Below are positions 10,591 to 23,900 of a stretch of 64,000 nt of DNA, piece by piece (the first letter of the stretch is position 1; every line of letters begins with the position of its first letter). The position numbers were made by a program, and so were the translations under genes. Origin of the DNA: Antedon mediterranea (taxonomy: Eukaryota; Animalia; Echinodermata). A model generated the notes under the pieces. It made no database searches, was not told the DNA's origin, and was given only the letters and a program-made list of their open reading frames with translations. The stretch is from NCBI RefSeq assembly GCF_964355755.1, contig NC_092678.1, forward strand, positions 23,763,365-23,827,364, written 5' to 3'.

Positions 10591-13500
10591 TTATAATCCA
10601 CCGATGCAGACATACTTGATATGCAAGTAATCTTCTATTCCATACTTGGATCCTTCGATACCAATTCCAGATTCTTTCACACCGCCAAACGGACCTTCGA
10701 CACACGACACTAAGCCTTCGTTCACACCAAGAATTCCCACGTTTATTTTATCGGCTACGCGCCAAATTTGTTGGTGATCGTTTGAATAGAAATAACCAGC
10801 TAATCCAGATCTGGTGTCGTTAGCAATGCGAGTAGCTTCTTCTTCTGTTTTGAACCTAAAATGGTAAATCAACGATTGAACTTTTTAAAGTTGACAGTGT
10901 AAGGTTTACACGTATGTCGACAGGGAACTCAATTGTGTCGACATCTCTGAGCAACTGACCGCAAATTTCAATTTAACTCTGATTAAACGTGTTTGTCACC
11001 TTAAATCTACCAAATATTACAGTGTAAAGCTTTGCCTATACTATGTAAAACTGTACAAAAATTGTCCGTATATGGACACGATGACATCATACCACTACCA
11101 TATTTGGATACATTACTTGTTTTATCAAACTATTTTGATAGTGAATTAATGTCCAGTCTGTGTGTGTAGTGTGCGTACCAACGATACATGACTGCGCTTG
11201 TTCGGACGTATATCTTCCTAGTATTACCGTACTCGTTGGAACGTAAACTGCAGCCTACTCACTTTATAATGGCAGCCATTGGTGCAAACGTTTCTTCTGT
11301 GCAGAACAGCATGTCGGTAGTTGCATTAGATATGAGAGTTGGCTCAAAGAATGTCCCACCGAGTTTATGCCTTTTCCCACCAAGAATGAGCTTACCACCG
11401 TTTGATAATGCGTTCTTGATGTGGTTTTCAACCTTTAAAATAATTGAAAATGTTTGGAAAAAAGTTGCTGCGAGTGTTTGGTTCTAATCATACATACGAC
11501 ATTTATTAACAACCAACCTTTTGCTGGATGTTGTTTGGTTTTAATCATATTTAACAACCAACTTTACCTTTTCTACCGCCCGTTGGTTAATCAGCGGACC
11601 TACTGTACATTTAGCGTCAAAGCCATCTCCCACATGTAGTTGCTCTTTCATTGCTGCTACCACTTTCTCAACAAAGCTATCGTAAACATTTTCTTGAACA
11701 AGAATTCTGTTTGCGCAAACACACGTCTGAAAAGAAAAAGCACAGAATTAAATCAGTCATATTTGCAAATAAATTGAACCGAACCGAAATAATTTGATTA
11801 ACCATCGTTCTTTTACAATCATTTGTCAAAGAGGAATCACCTGACCGGAGTTTCTGAATTTGCAGACCATCAGACCAGCGACGGCGCGGTCAACATCAGC
11901 TGAATCGAATACAATAAATGGGGCATTTCCACCAAGTTCCAACGAGAATTTCTTGACGGTACTGGCTCCAGTTTTTAACAGAATCTAGAGTTTAAAGAAA
12001 GAGACGTACATTGTAATACAATGTAGGATACTGAATACTATTATTTACTATCAGTATAAATGAAGTGAATTATATATACCTTTCCAACTGCAGTTGAACC
12101 AGTAAACGAAATCTTTGCAACAAGCGGGCTAGTACAAATGGCGTTGCCAACTTTAGCAGCGTTTGGTCTCGAACACGTGACTACGTTCAGGACTCCTGGT
12201 GGAAATCCTGCTTGCTCTCCCAGCTACAAAAACAAAACTTGTATTAACATATGTACAAGATGGGAATAATAGGTATAGAACGGCAAACAAGCCTGCGCTG
12301 AAAACGAAACAATGATTTGGTTATACTTAGCAGGATCACATTTATCTATCTATCGTTTATGAATAGTTTAAACATACCTCACATAAGGCTAAGGCAGAGA
12401 AGGGTGTATCTTCTGCTGGTTTTAGTACAACTGTACATCCAGCAGCTAAAGCGGCTCCAGCTTTCCTGGTTACCATTGCATGAGGAAAATTCCACTAAAA
12501 GAAAATAAGTATAGAAATTAAAATACGTAATAAAAAAAATCTATTGAAGTTTGGCTATATATGCGTTTTTAAAACGATAATTACAGGGGTCAACGACTGA
12601 CGACCACGACAACTTCTTCATAAAATGTTCGATTGTTAGAACATGAAACCATAAAAGGGGTGAATTATTAGTTTATGAATGTTCCAGTTTTACAACAATA
12701 GGTCCAAATAATAATAGAACTCACAGGTGTTATCATTCCGGCGACTCCAACGGGTTGCTTGAAGGCAAATAACTTTCTTCCTTTTGCTGGAGTGGTTATT
12801 ACGTCACCATAGACACGACGCGCTTCTTCAGCAAACCAATCAACAAACGATGCACCATAGCCAATTTCGCCCATTGATTCTTTTAATGGTTTTCCCTTTA
12901 AATAAAACATACATGACATCCGCAACTTAAATATTTCTGTTAGTTCTTTTAAAACCAAATTACTTAATTATCTCAATATTTATTTTTAAAATAATTTTGA
13001 TATTGAAAATGTGTATAGTTGGTCGCTTTTTTGTCGATGCTTTTATTGTAGAACGTAATTTATTTATTTTTCTCTGTTCTGGGTTGACCAACTAGCATAG
13101 TAGCAGGGTAACTTAGCACTTTTTTTGTGCACTTTGTGACAAAAGCACCAAATTTGGCACAAACCTTCTTTAGGGTATATCTAACAATCCTAGAAGGGGT
13201 GCCCAAAAATCGGAACAATTTAACGACGTCATTTGGACCACGCCCCTTTTTTAGTATTACGTAATTAGGTGAAAACTTAAATCTCCGTATATACATACCA
13301 AGTTTGGTATCAAATTAAAACTCATGACATGTACATTGCAATACACACATAAAAAATATTTGATTTCTCTTCAGACGGAATATATAGGTCAAATAATGTA
13401 ATTTTCTCTCATATTGAAGGGTATTTCAATCAAAACGCGCCAATATTGTGTTATGTTATGAACATTGTAGTTATAAGAACAACAACATTCATTTTGTAAT

Positions 13501-16500
13501 AGAACTACTAATATATATTTATCCTGTACCAGTTACTTTCCTTTAACATATAATTAGGAACCACTGAAAAAAAGTATTTAAAACATATACTGTATCAAAC
13601 TTGACTCAATAATCACTGGACTATGTAAACAGACAAAAGACCATTTGACTGACAATTATGGCGTTAGCATCCATAACAATACATGGAAGTGATTATCAAC
13701 TTTACTTTTATGAAATTATTTATCTGGAAACAAACACTTATAATGGTACAGAGTTGATAGATGACGAACAAGTTCCACGGCATGGGTAACAAAGACCAGT
13801 GCACTGCTGAACGGCACTTGCAGTTCCCTGAGCAAAAAAGCAACTTTTTGCAGCCACACTTTAGCAATTCCCTACATGCCTTAGATGCTTCAGGTAGTAT
13901 TGTCCAGACTGGTGTCCATGTACTGCCGGTTTTAGTCCAACCAAAGTCTTCTGGTGATGGAGCATTCTGCTGTGGCTGTAGACTGGTGGTCCAAATGCTT
14001 GCTTGGTATATGGATCTGTTGGAATGCTGTAAAAGTGCATCCTGCAATAAACATTTTAAAGATTGGTGTTACCTTTTAATGAAAGAAAAACATGAACCTG
14101 ATAATAAATTATTAAACGACAATTGACAATTATATGGAAGCTCCCCTTACCTGTGTAGGAGGAATGTTGTCCATTGTCCGTGCTTTTCGTGAAAAAAGAT
14201 ATTGTCTTAGCTTAGTAACACTTCTTAAAGTACTTGTCTTGTCGTATAGATGTCTAGCAACTGGAATTGAGATGAGTTGACTCCTAGAGATTTGAAAGGG
14301 TGATGTGCCACGAAAAGAAAGGCTTCTGTGACTGCTGGTAATGAGTTCCACGTCTCCCATGCGGAGTGTTTTGCTTTTCCGAAGAACTGGGATGTAGTAT
14401 CGGACCCAGTAAATGCATGAAAAACTGGCAGCCCTCTTGAATTATCCTCTCCTAGGTTATGGCAGATGGTATTTATATTAAAATATTGGAAGTGCTTACC
14501 CATGCCAAATGGGACCCAGATACACGTACCAGGATAACAGGCTATTAGATTGCAGAAAATACCAACCAGGATAACAATGGCATCAGTAGTACGCACCAGA
14601 ATAACCCTGCTACCTTTCTTTAAGGCATCATCAATGTGAATGCACATCCTGGAGTCGGCCTCTTCATGGTCGCAGATTGACATAGGTTGAGTAGATGTCA
14701 ACATACAACAGACTCGCCTACAGTACATATATCAAGAATTACTTACTAATTTAATATGCCTTTTTAATTAATTATTGGTACGAAACTGTATAAGTAAATT
14801 AATCGTTTGGTTACAAACAAAATGAATTAGTATGTATCATAATAAAACTTACCTGATGTAATGTCAACTTCTTTGCAGTCAGAGTAATCATGGGTAGACA
14901 TCTTTGTAGTTAAAAAGTTAAATAACTCGTCTTTATTTACTGGATCTTTCAGAAAGTCTGGAAAATTCCCTGGAATCTTTGTTTGTCCCCCAACTTTCCT
15001 CCTGACCCCTTTTCCTCTTTTTTTCTCTTGTAGACTGCTTAAGACTATCTGTTCTGTAAGTGTCCCACACTATATCAATTCTGTTACTATTCTGCAGCTG
15101 CTGTCTGGTCCACGGTAGAAAGACCTGTCATACAAATGATACAATAATAACGATCCGCATATAGAAGTGACCAATTATGTGGTGGTTAAACAATAGATAC
15201 AATCCTGAATGCAAAGAAATGTACTCACCTTATTATCACCGTAGTCATCAAATGTAAATGCATGGTTGCTGGAAAGAGCATGGACAATAGCAGCTCCGTC
15301 AAACACCTTTACGTCAAAATATGTAGGAGGTTCAGGCTGGCCTTCAGTCTCCAAATGTTGTAGCAACTCAGACTTCTTAGTTGGTAGTCGAAGCTTTCCA
15401 TTTACTGCCAAAGAGGGTGGCCATGGCTGGTTTTCATGCATGAAAAAGTCTTCCAAATCTCCATCACGAGATTGACTTGCAAATATACAGTCGACTGAAT
15501 AGGCTGCAGTCACTTTTTAAACTCTTAACTTGTTGCTTTGTTTTGGACACACTCATTTTGACCGTGGTGTGTTGAACAACGGCAGCTTATTCTGTTTGAT
15601 GGCTTGTTGAATTGCAACACTTCTGTCGAGAATAACTTCCTTGAAATATTTTTGGTACTGGGTAGTACCTACATCCTGAATTGTACGAACTGTCACTACT
15701 GCACTTTCATTGGCACAATCTCGAGCATCCAAGACCAGAAGTTCTGAACAATTATCGAGGAATGGGTTGCCTGAATTGCTCAGGGAACTGCAAGTGCCGT
15801 TCAGCAGGTCTTTCTTGCACTGGTCTTTGTTACCCATGCCGTGGAACATCTAGCAACTCTGTACCATTATAAGTGTTTGTTTCCAGATAAATAATTTCAT
15901 AAAAGTAAAGTTGATAATCACCTCTATGTATTGTTATGGATGCTAACGCCATAATTGTCAGTCAAATGGTCTTTTGTCTGTTTACCAGTGATTATTGAGC
16001 CAAGTTTGATACAGTATATGTTTTATATACTTTTTTTCAGTGGTTCCTAATTATATGTTAAAGGAAAGTAACTGGTACAGGATAAATATATATTAGTAGT
16101 TCTATTACAAAAATGAATGTTGTTGTTCTTATAACTACAATGTTCATAACATAACACAATATTGGCGCGTTTTGATTGAAATACCCTTCAATATGAGAGA
16201 AAATGACATTATTTGACCTATATATTCCGTCTGAAGAGAAATCATATATTTTTTATGTGTGTATTGCAATGTACATGTCATGAGTTTTAATTTGATACCA
16301 AACTTGGTATGTATATACGAAGATTTAAGGTTTCACCTAATTACGTAATACTAAAAAAAGGGCGTGGTCCAAATGACGTCGTTAAATTGTTCCGATTTTT
16401 GGGCACCCCTTCTAGGATTGTTAGATATACCCTAAAGAAGGTTTGTGCCAAATTTGGTGCTTTTGTCACAAAATGCACAATCTTCATAAAAAATGGAAGT

Positions 16501-17321
16501 TAGCAACCCTGCTATAGGTGTTTAGCACCTGTTTGGTCTTTCCGTGCCTCCTTTTATAATTGTTTTGTCTTCTTTATTTATGTATATGGCAGAAATTGAA
16601 TAAATAAAAAAAATAAAAACATTTATTTCATAAACAATTGAAATTGCATAGTGGAACGAATGTTTGTCATGACGGTTTGTATGTGTTGCTTACCATTTCT
16701 TTGGTTAGTATTGCTGCCAATTCCTCCTTATGTTTCAGAATGAGGTCGTGCCATTTATGTAAGATTTGACATCGTTCCTAAAAAATGATACTCATAAATA
16801 TAAATCGTTACCAATAGTTAAACTGTAACTTCAATGAACAATTTACGAAATACGTCATCCCGAATTAAAAATAATGCAAACAGATTTTACCTTTGCTGTT
16901 TTCTGGCTCCAGGTCTGAAAAGCCACATCAGCTGCTGCGATCGCCTCATTGGTGTCTCCTTCAATCATATCAGGCACTTCGCCGACGATTTCTCCCGTCG
17001 ATGGATTGGTGACGACAAAAACGGCTCCATCCTTGGCGCTAATCCATTTGCCATTTACGTAGCATTTCTTTTTCAAAAGTGAGCTGTTATGAATTAAATA
17101 TTTCGTTATTATTGTTTCTATGGCATAAACAATAATTGTATATTTGTGTACGTGTCGTATTAGTTAAAAGTCTTTCGACGCGCGCCACAATATCCAAATT
17201 CAACGCGTGGCGTGCGTATACTATTACAGCGTTGAACGTGCTCGTCTAATATACAGTATTTTAAATATGTGTGATACTCATTGATGAATTGTACTGTATT
17301 AAAATCTTACCTTACAGACAT
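10591..17321 (-). CDS. ALDH5A1: Succinate-semialdehyde dehydrogenase, copy 2 (canonical residues), about 485 aa
   Basis: Exons 17311-17321, 16891-17083, 16694-16777, 12725-12895, 12378-12494, 12080-12223, 11841-11984, 11568-11726, 11263-11432, 10591-10855. Motifs GEIGYG, WNFP, MVTRK, KFRNSGQTCVCAN, NEGLVS. Confidence 0.92.
13101..16514 (-). mobile_element. Degenerate Academ (AcademX-type) DNA transposon in intron 3 of ALDH copy 2
   Basis: Termini TAGCAGGGT...ACCCTGCTA with 3-bp TSD TAG (13098-13100, 16515-16517). Long inverted repeat. Intron-containing, frameshifted ORF pieces with [39 protein letters not shown] (XPG/PIN-like nuclease) and a C-terminal Cys-rich CGCK..CSGNCKC finger, the architecture described for Academ. 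Confidence 0.8.
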
Positions 17322-19748
17322 GTTTCTATCCCTTCAAACTCACTGAACCAGAACCTAATGTTCAAAAGTATACACGTATAAATCATTTTATTGCAGTAGA
17401 CTTTATATAAATAAAGCAATAAAAAAATAAACTGAGCTCCAGGTTTTAGAATCAAGCAAGACATTCTTCATTTTAAAGATATTAATATTTGCTAAAACTG
17501 AAACAGGTGATTCCGGTCGTATTAGTAACATTTAAATTAAGCAGATGTACGAGGGAGGACGTCTATGGGGGATATAGCAAATGTGATATTTAAATGAATT
17601 GATTAAAGCTGCAAATGGAATTGGTTTTAAAATAATCTTAAAAAAAAAAATCAAATTTAGATTTGAATACTATAAAATGAGCAATTAATTAGGTCATATA
17701 TAATATTGATTTAGAGCAATGCCACTAATGGTATCACATATTTTTAATTTTTTGTTTTAATTGTATATCTAATTATCTAAATATGACGTGGTTCCTTTTT
17801 ACCACCTACTTATGACAATGCCCATTTGTTAGGCACCTGTGAACGCATGATGTTTGATTAACAATTCCCTGGTAATATAATACCACTGATTTGTCACGTA
17901 CGTATACATACACATGCAACCCGACGATCGTAGTTACTAAAGACTTATCTTGCGCACAAATTAAGAACTTAAACCATTTATAATCAACAGTAATATATAT
18001 TATAATGAACTAAGTTCCTTTAGGTGGATTTTACTTAACTTTTGAGCAGACCGTTTTGCAAGCCTGTGTCTCAGCTTTGGATTTGCAACACGAAAGACCT
18101 GGGCAAAGGTCTATTTCTTTTTATCAACAAGTGATGATCGTGTCATATTGAATTTATTGGGATATTCCATTACTGAATAGAGAGGTTTAATACGATAACG
18201 AAAACGATACGTAAAACATTTCTTTTTAACTTCTGAGTTGATCCCTGTTTAATATTCCGCTTTAGTCATTTCTTCATATTCAGTAAGTACAAAATAGTTT
18301 AGAATTGAATCAAGATTGCATCTTAAAATAATTCAGCTAGATTGGGCTGCGAATTTTTTGGGACTTTTTAGATAAATTTGGCAATAACGTATGGTTTAAG
18401 TAATTGGATAATAATAATGCCAGTTGTATAAATGTGGGCGTCACAACACAAAACAATCAAACAGAAAAATACCATTATGAAGTTAGTAATTTTAATAACA
18501 AAATATACAAATTAGCAGAAAGGGGGAGCAATAACGTTATTGTGTTTAAAATATTATGTAAAGGGTATTAATGTGGTTTAACATCACCATTTAATTAATC
18601 AATTCTTTATTTTGAAATACAAATAGTTATGTACATGACAATGAATAGATCCTTAATAATTAAAACAATTCGTAAAACAGTAGTACAACAACTAGGATGA
18701 AATATTCGTTAAAATATTAATAACAATTTTAAATACAGTATTTACATTTTTTATTATTATTAAAGTTAAATAAAAAAAAATTCCCGTGTTAGTTAGCAAT
18801 GTGATCGTTAAAACCGTACTTATTAAATACACACACAAATACCACCCACATGCCCCACTTAGTAAAAACAATTAGGTTGGTAAATGCTGTCTTTGTGTGT
18901 AAGCCAATAATCTTGTACTGAACAGGTCAAAGGTTAAAGAAAAACTAAATACCAATTTATGGTATTGTCATTTCACCAAAATAACCCTTTTTACATTTCT
19001 AATACAAAATATACAGTATTATAATTGATAAAAGTAATTAAATATTAATAAAGCATTGAAATATTATCATATTTACAGCATTTTTACATTCCTCTTATAC
19101 AATCTGGATTAAATGGTACGGATGAATTGGCATAAAATGTGTCAGTTTTCTGGGATTTTTTTTTAAAATTCAGGCTGGAATAATTATCTTATTGAACTGA
19201 AAAGTTATACGGTCTATTTATCATACAATGGCTTTAAAATAATTGTATAGAAACTTATATTAACACCTATGTTTTGCTATGTTGATGAAAAGTAAAAGAA
19301 AATAAAGGTGGGTGATTCACATGAAAGATAAAAAAACATAAAATGGCTAATGACAAAATATAATATCCAGCCAGCACCATGTGAAACAAAAGGTTCTATG
19401 AATGTCTATTGGATTGCAAGGTACAACTAGCCTAAAAGCAAGCACCGTGAGAAACATCTGGCATGACATGTCTGGACTATTATAATGTCTATTGTAACAG
19501 TGGACTACTACGGTGAGGGATAAATGGCCAAGCACCATGTCAAATCCATCCAATGGAAGACATCACAATCAAGGCTTCTGACGACATAAACAACTTCTAA
19601 AAAGATAAAAAGAAACAGATATTATTATTTTAAATACAATCATAACATTAGCATACATACTTATTACAAAAGTGTAAAATTAGTAGGGTTTTATTGGGCC
19701 AACATACCGACACTATTCTAGTAACTATAACTATAGACACAAACTTCA

Positions 19749-20161
19749 TCATCGTTTTTTCTTTTTTTCATGTTTTGCCTTTTTATTCTGGTTTTCTAAC
19801 TGCAGACGTGTTGAATTTGAGTTAGAGTTGATATCTTCTGTATTCTATTGAAAAAAAAAAATTAATTATCCTTGAACAAAACACTGGGACGAAACGACTC
19901 GGGCAACGATTCTCACCCATAAAAAAAATGAGACGGACTTTAAAAAAAAGCAAGCAGCCTTTCTTCTGCCTAGATACAAGGGCAAGGCCTAGCTATTGGC
20001 ACAAAGATTTATAGGTAAAAAACGGCAATTTTAACCAGACTTACGTTATCTGATCCCTGACTAGGTAGTACAAATATTGCTGCAATAGCTATAATTTGAA
20101 AAATTGCACCGAATATTAAACCGTAATGAAGAATATCACCAACAAAATCTACTTCCGTCAT
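19749..20161 (-). CDS. MANBAL: MANBAL/UPF0239 small membrane protein, 70 aa
   Basis: Exons 20045-20161 and 19749-19844: MTEVDFVGDILHYGLIFGAIFQIIAIAAIFVLP...NKKAKHEKKKKR*, matching recalled [21 protein letters not shown] plus a basic tail. Missing from the ORF track. Confidence 0.9.
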
Positions 20162-20935
20162 CTTGTTATTTTTTGGCTAGGTTACCTCGACCTCTGACCC
20201 TCTTCTTCAGCAATAACCAATCAAAACGCAAGAACCAATTGGGCAACCGCGACAATTTAAAAATCTTTATACCACCACCACGTACCACCGTGCACCACCA
20301 GCTGATCTGCAGATAAAACTACATTTTCGTGAGAAAAATACTTTTTATACTTATTTATTACATGCCAAATTAATATTGAATACATAAAGTACACTGAAAC
20401 AACGTTATATAGCAAGCAAATGACACATTAAAGGTGGTTCTTAGACATTTATAATAGGCCTAGCTAGGCTCTGCTTCTAGTTTGTTTTTATATCATTTGG
20501 CACGACTGGGGGTCCATTTATCCGTCCTTGTCGTGGCTTAATTGTGAGGCGGTCTAGGCCTAGGACATAATTTTGAGTGGTGGTGGTGGCTACGAAATGC
20601 GCATTTTTAGAGAACTAAACCGAGTATAAATGTTTAGTTTGAATCAATTTATAGTTCAAGACCCAACCAACATGACATGAAAAAATATTCTATAGGCCCT
20701 AGTATAATTTAGCTTCTTTCCATTTCAGGCACGCTCCATACAAAATACCAGACAGAGGTGGATTTGGTCGCAAGACTGTAGATTTGCATAATCTGTAGTT
20801 TTTTTTTTAAAATCACACTTTTTCATTTTTTGTTTTATTTATAAAATGTTTTAAATATTTTATTAATTAGATCTTTTTGCTGAAAGGAAACTGAACTGCC
20901 TGTTAATCTCAACAAACAAAAAGCCAATTAACAAC

Positions 20936-23900
20936 ATGAACCAAGACATATCAAATGGTAAGCCATGTCAATAAACTTGAATAACCTTTACGGATAACTT
21001 CCATGACATTTATACATTCTTTCTATGACATAATTAACATCTATTTGCAGGTGCCCAAGTGGGAATTCTGATTGAACTTGGGTCTCCATTCAACACTGAC
21101 CAACAATTAAAAAGTGCAGAATGTACTGCTGAGAGATCCATTGAAAAAAAATCTACCACAGAGGAAATATCAACCACAGATAACACATCTGGAACATCAT
21201 CAGGTAACATTTTTTGGTGGATAATGAATGAATTTTACAACCAAAAATATTTCCCTTGTTCCCCAGGGTTGTCATATCTGTTTTCTCAATATATACCTCC
21301 ATGATATTACCAACCTGTGGAAAAGACTATAGTAAAACTTAAGTTTGGTCTAGTAATTTTAGCCCAACTAAATCATGGTCTAGCATATTACTTTTTTTAC
21401 AGCCCTGAGAGTTTGTTCTTAAAATGCTTGTTCTTAACTTGTATTCCACTTAGTATGTTTGACCATTAAACTTGGTTTGCTTATTTTTTTTTTAGAATCC
21501 AGTGAGAAAAAGGACGAGAATATAATTGAGCCAGAAACAGAAGTAAATCAAGAATTAAGATGGAGTGAAGGTAAAATTGATAAGACGGACTTTTAAAAAG
21601 AAAATTGTATGCATTGTCAATAAGCACTTAATTGCAATATTTGATATCTAAATGTTGTTTCACTCAACAGAAAAGGTTCAAATTGTTTTCAGATTTTAAA
21701 AAATCGGAAAAAGAAATGATTCACTCACCATTTTTCAAAAGAAATTTAAGTAGCCAATCACAGTACAGGTTATTACGTCATCATTGACGTCAAATACGAG
21801 GCAGTCTCATTGGATAATGATGACTCACTCTTCAAATTATAAAAGTACACTTGATGTCAAATTAGTTTTCAGTTGAACGATTTACTATTTGTTATTACTG
21901 TTGTTCTATTGTAACCGAAGTGATTTCTTTCTTTATTCATCCAAAAAATACATAAACATAACATAATAATATAAAACATTAAAATAATTGGATAAAAAGG
22001 AAGAAGAGAAAAGGCAACTTCATGCCTATCTAGCTCTACTCCCTGTATAACTAAAAGATTTCAATTTTATTCAAATCAAACAAATCATATTATGATAGAA
22101 TTTAATTACTAATAAATAATAGTAATAATAATAATAGATGTATATATATATATATATATATATAAATCATACTGTAAATTATATATATACTGTATAAGTG
22201 CAGTAGTATGTAGTTTTTAATAGTGGTTTTGCAGATATAATATATAAAATGAAACTATTAATGTTTTTTCTTTAATCTACCAATACTTTTTGTATAATTT
22301 TTTATAAATTTATAGTTTATTATAACTTTTGTAAACAATTTAATAGGACGTCAGGTTATTAACCTGATAGTGCAATTATGAACACTGATTTGAACAAAGT
22401 TTTACAATTGTTGGCGTCAAATGAAGCAAACTCAAACCCCAGAACTTTCCGGTTGAGTAAGCTATGAAGAGATGACTGACCCCAGCACCGTTTGGTTGAG
22501 TTGACCCATCAGCTGTTGCCTAAATCATGACTAAACACAACAATTGTATTTTCAACACATTGTTATTGTAGAAACTCCCTCATCTGTTGATATAAATACA
22601 ACTCATCTACATCAACATCTTCATTTATAATTTGATTACTCTCTCTCTGTACTCTCTTTTGGATTAAGTTGTTGTAAAACTTAAGAATGGTAGTTTTTGT
22701 AGGATTTCTTGGTTCTTCTGAAAAGTATGGAATGCGAAATTATTGGCGTAAGAATGTTTTATTTTTTAATTTTACTTGATAAACATCTATGTCTGTACTT
22801 GCAATTTTTTAGACTCTTTTTGAATATGTCAATACATAAATCTGTCCGTGTCATTGAGTTTTTTTTTACTTTGCAGACATACCACTTGTGGAAAATGAGC
22901 AGTTTGATTTTGATCTCTCACTATCACCAAAGTAAGTAGATGTTTTACTCACTGCTGTTCTAGCCATATATTACAGTGGATTTTCTGCAGGAACCTTTGT
23001 TGTTTGTTTTAATGGTAACTTACTTCAAAAACCATTATACAAATTCTCAAAAATTCATAACTGCTATACTGTACATCAATACCTTACTTAATTCTTTATT
23101 CTAGTTGCACGAATGATGAAGACTTGCAGGAGGAAGAAGATGAAGTGTTCTTTGGACCCGTTAATCATCGCGAGAAGTGCGTACGAGCTGGAAAGGAGAT
23201 TGACTCTGTAAAACCACTAAGTCCGCTAACCAACGAACAATATGCTGAACTATTTAAAGAAGCTATCGGACTTGTGATGGATTTACAACAAGATGACACA
23301 AAAACAAAACAGAAGAAAACATCGGGAGAAACCGAAGAATTTATTAGTAAAACTCTGGAAACGTTAAAATTAAGTAGCCAATATGAGTCGTCGCCGGAAT
23401 TACCTATCGACTACGGTAATAAAACTGCTATTACGGAAACTAAATGTTTTAAACGCGAACAAAAGAAAATGATACGAAGTCCGAGAAGGCAGACGTATGT
23501 AGTTAACAGAAATCCAGAAGCAGAACTCCCAAAAGCTAGTGAATGCGTGTCCAAGATGAAACCAGGGAATAATGTGGTTTTCAAAGCAAAGGGTGCCGTG
23601 CAACAACACATACATAAACCATTACCAAAGAAAAAAAATGTTCTTAAAAGTAACCTTCTTCCAAATAAACCTGTCTCTAAGAAGAAGCAAGAGGCATCAA
23701 AACCAGTGGTAAGGTGATAAGAGTGTTGCTAAATGAATACCACTTAAAAGAAATTCTTTAATATTTATTGACTTAAGTGAAATACTTAAGTGTGCTTAGT
23801 TGCTCTTGGTCTTGGGTTATGTCCAAATAATTCAATTCCATAAACTCTGTATAATTTCAGCATCTTTTGTGTGTTCTTCATTTAGGACAGTATAGGCCTA

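Noticed and set aside
13060-13296. Twin ORFs MYIRRFK.. (also 16309-16503)
   Set aside because: They lie in the two arms of the transposon inverted repeat and show no recognisable protein features.
22703-22747. Extra GTSE1 cassette exon or alternative start
   Set aside because: Splice-like sites are present and one frame is open, but the flanking exons join in frame without it and there is no homology support.
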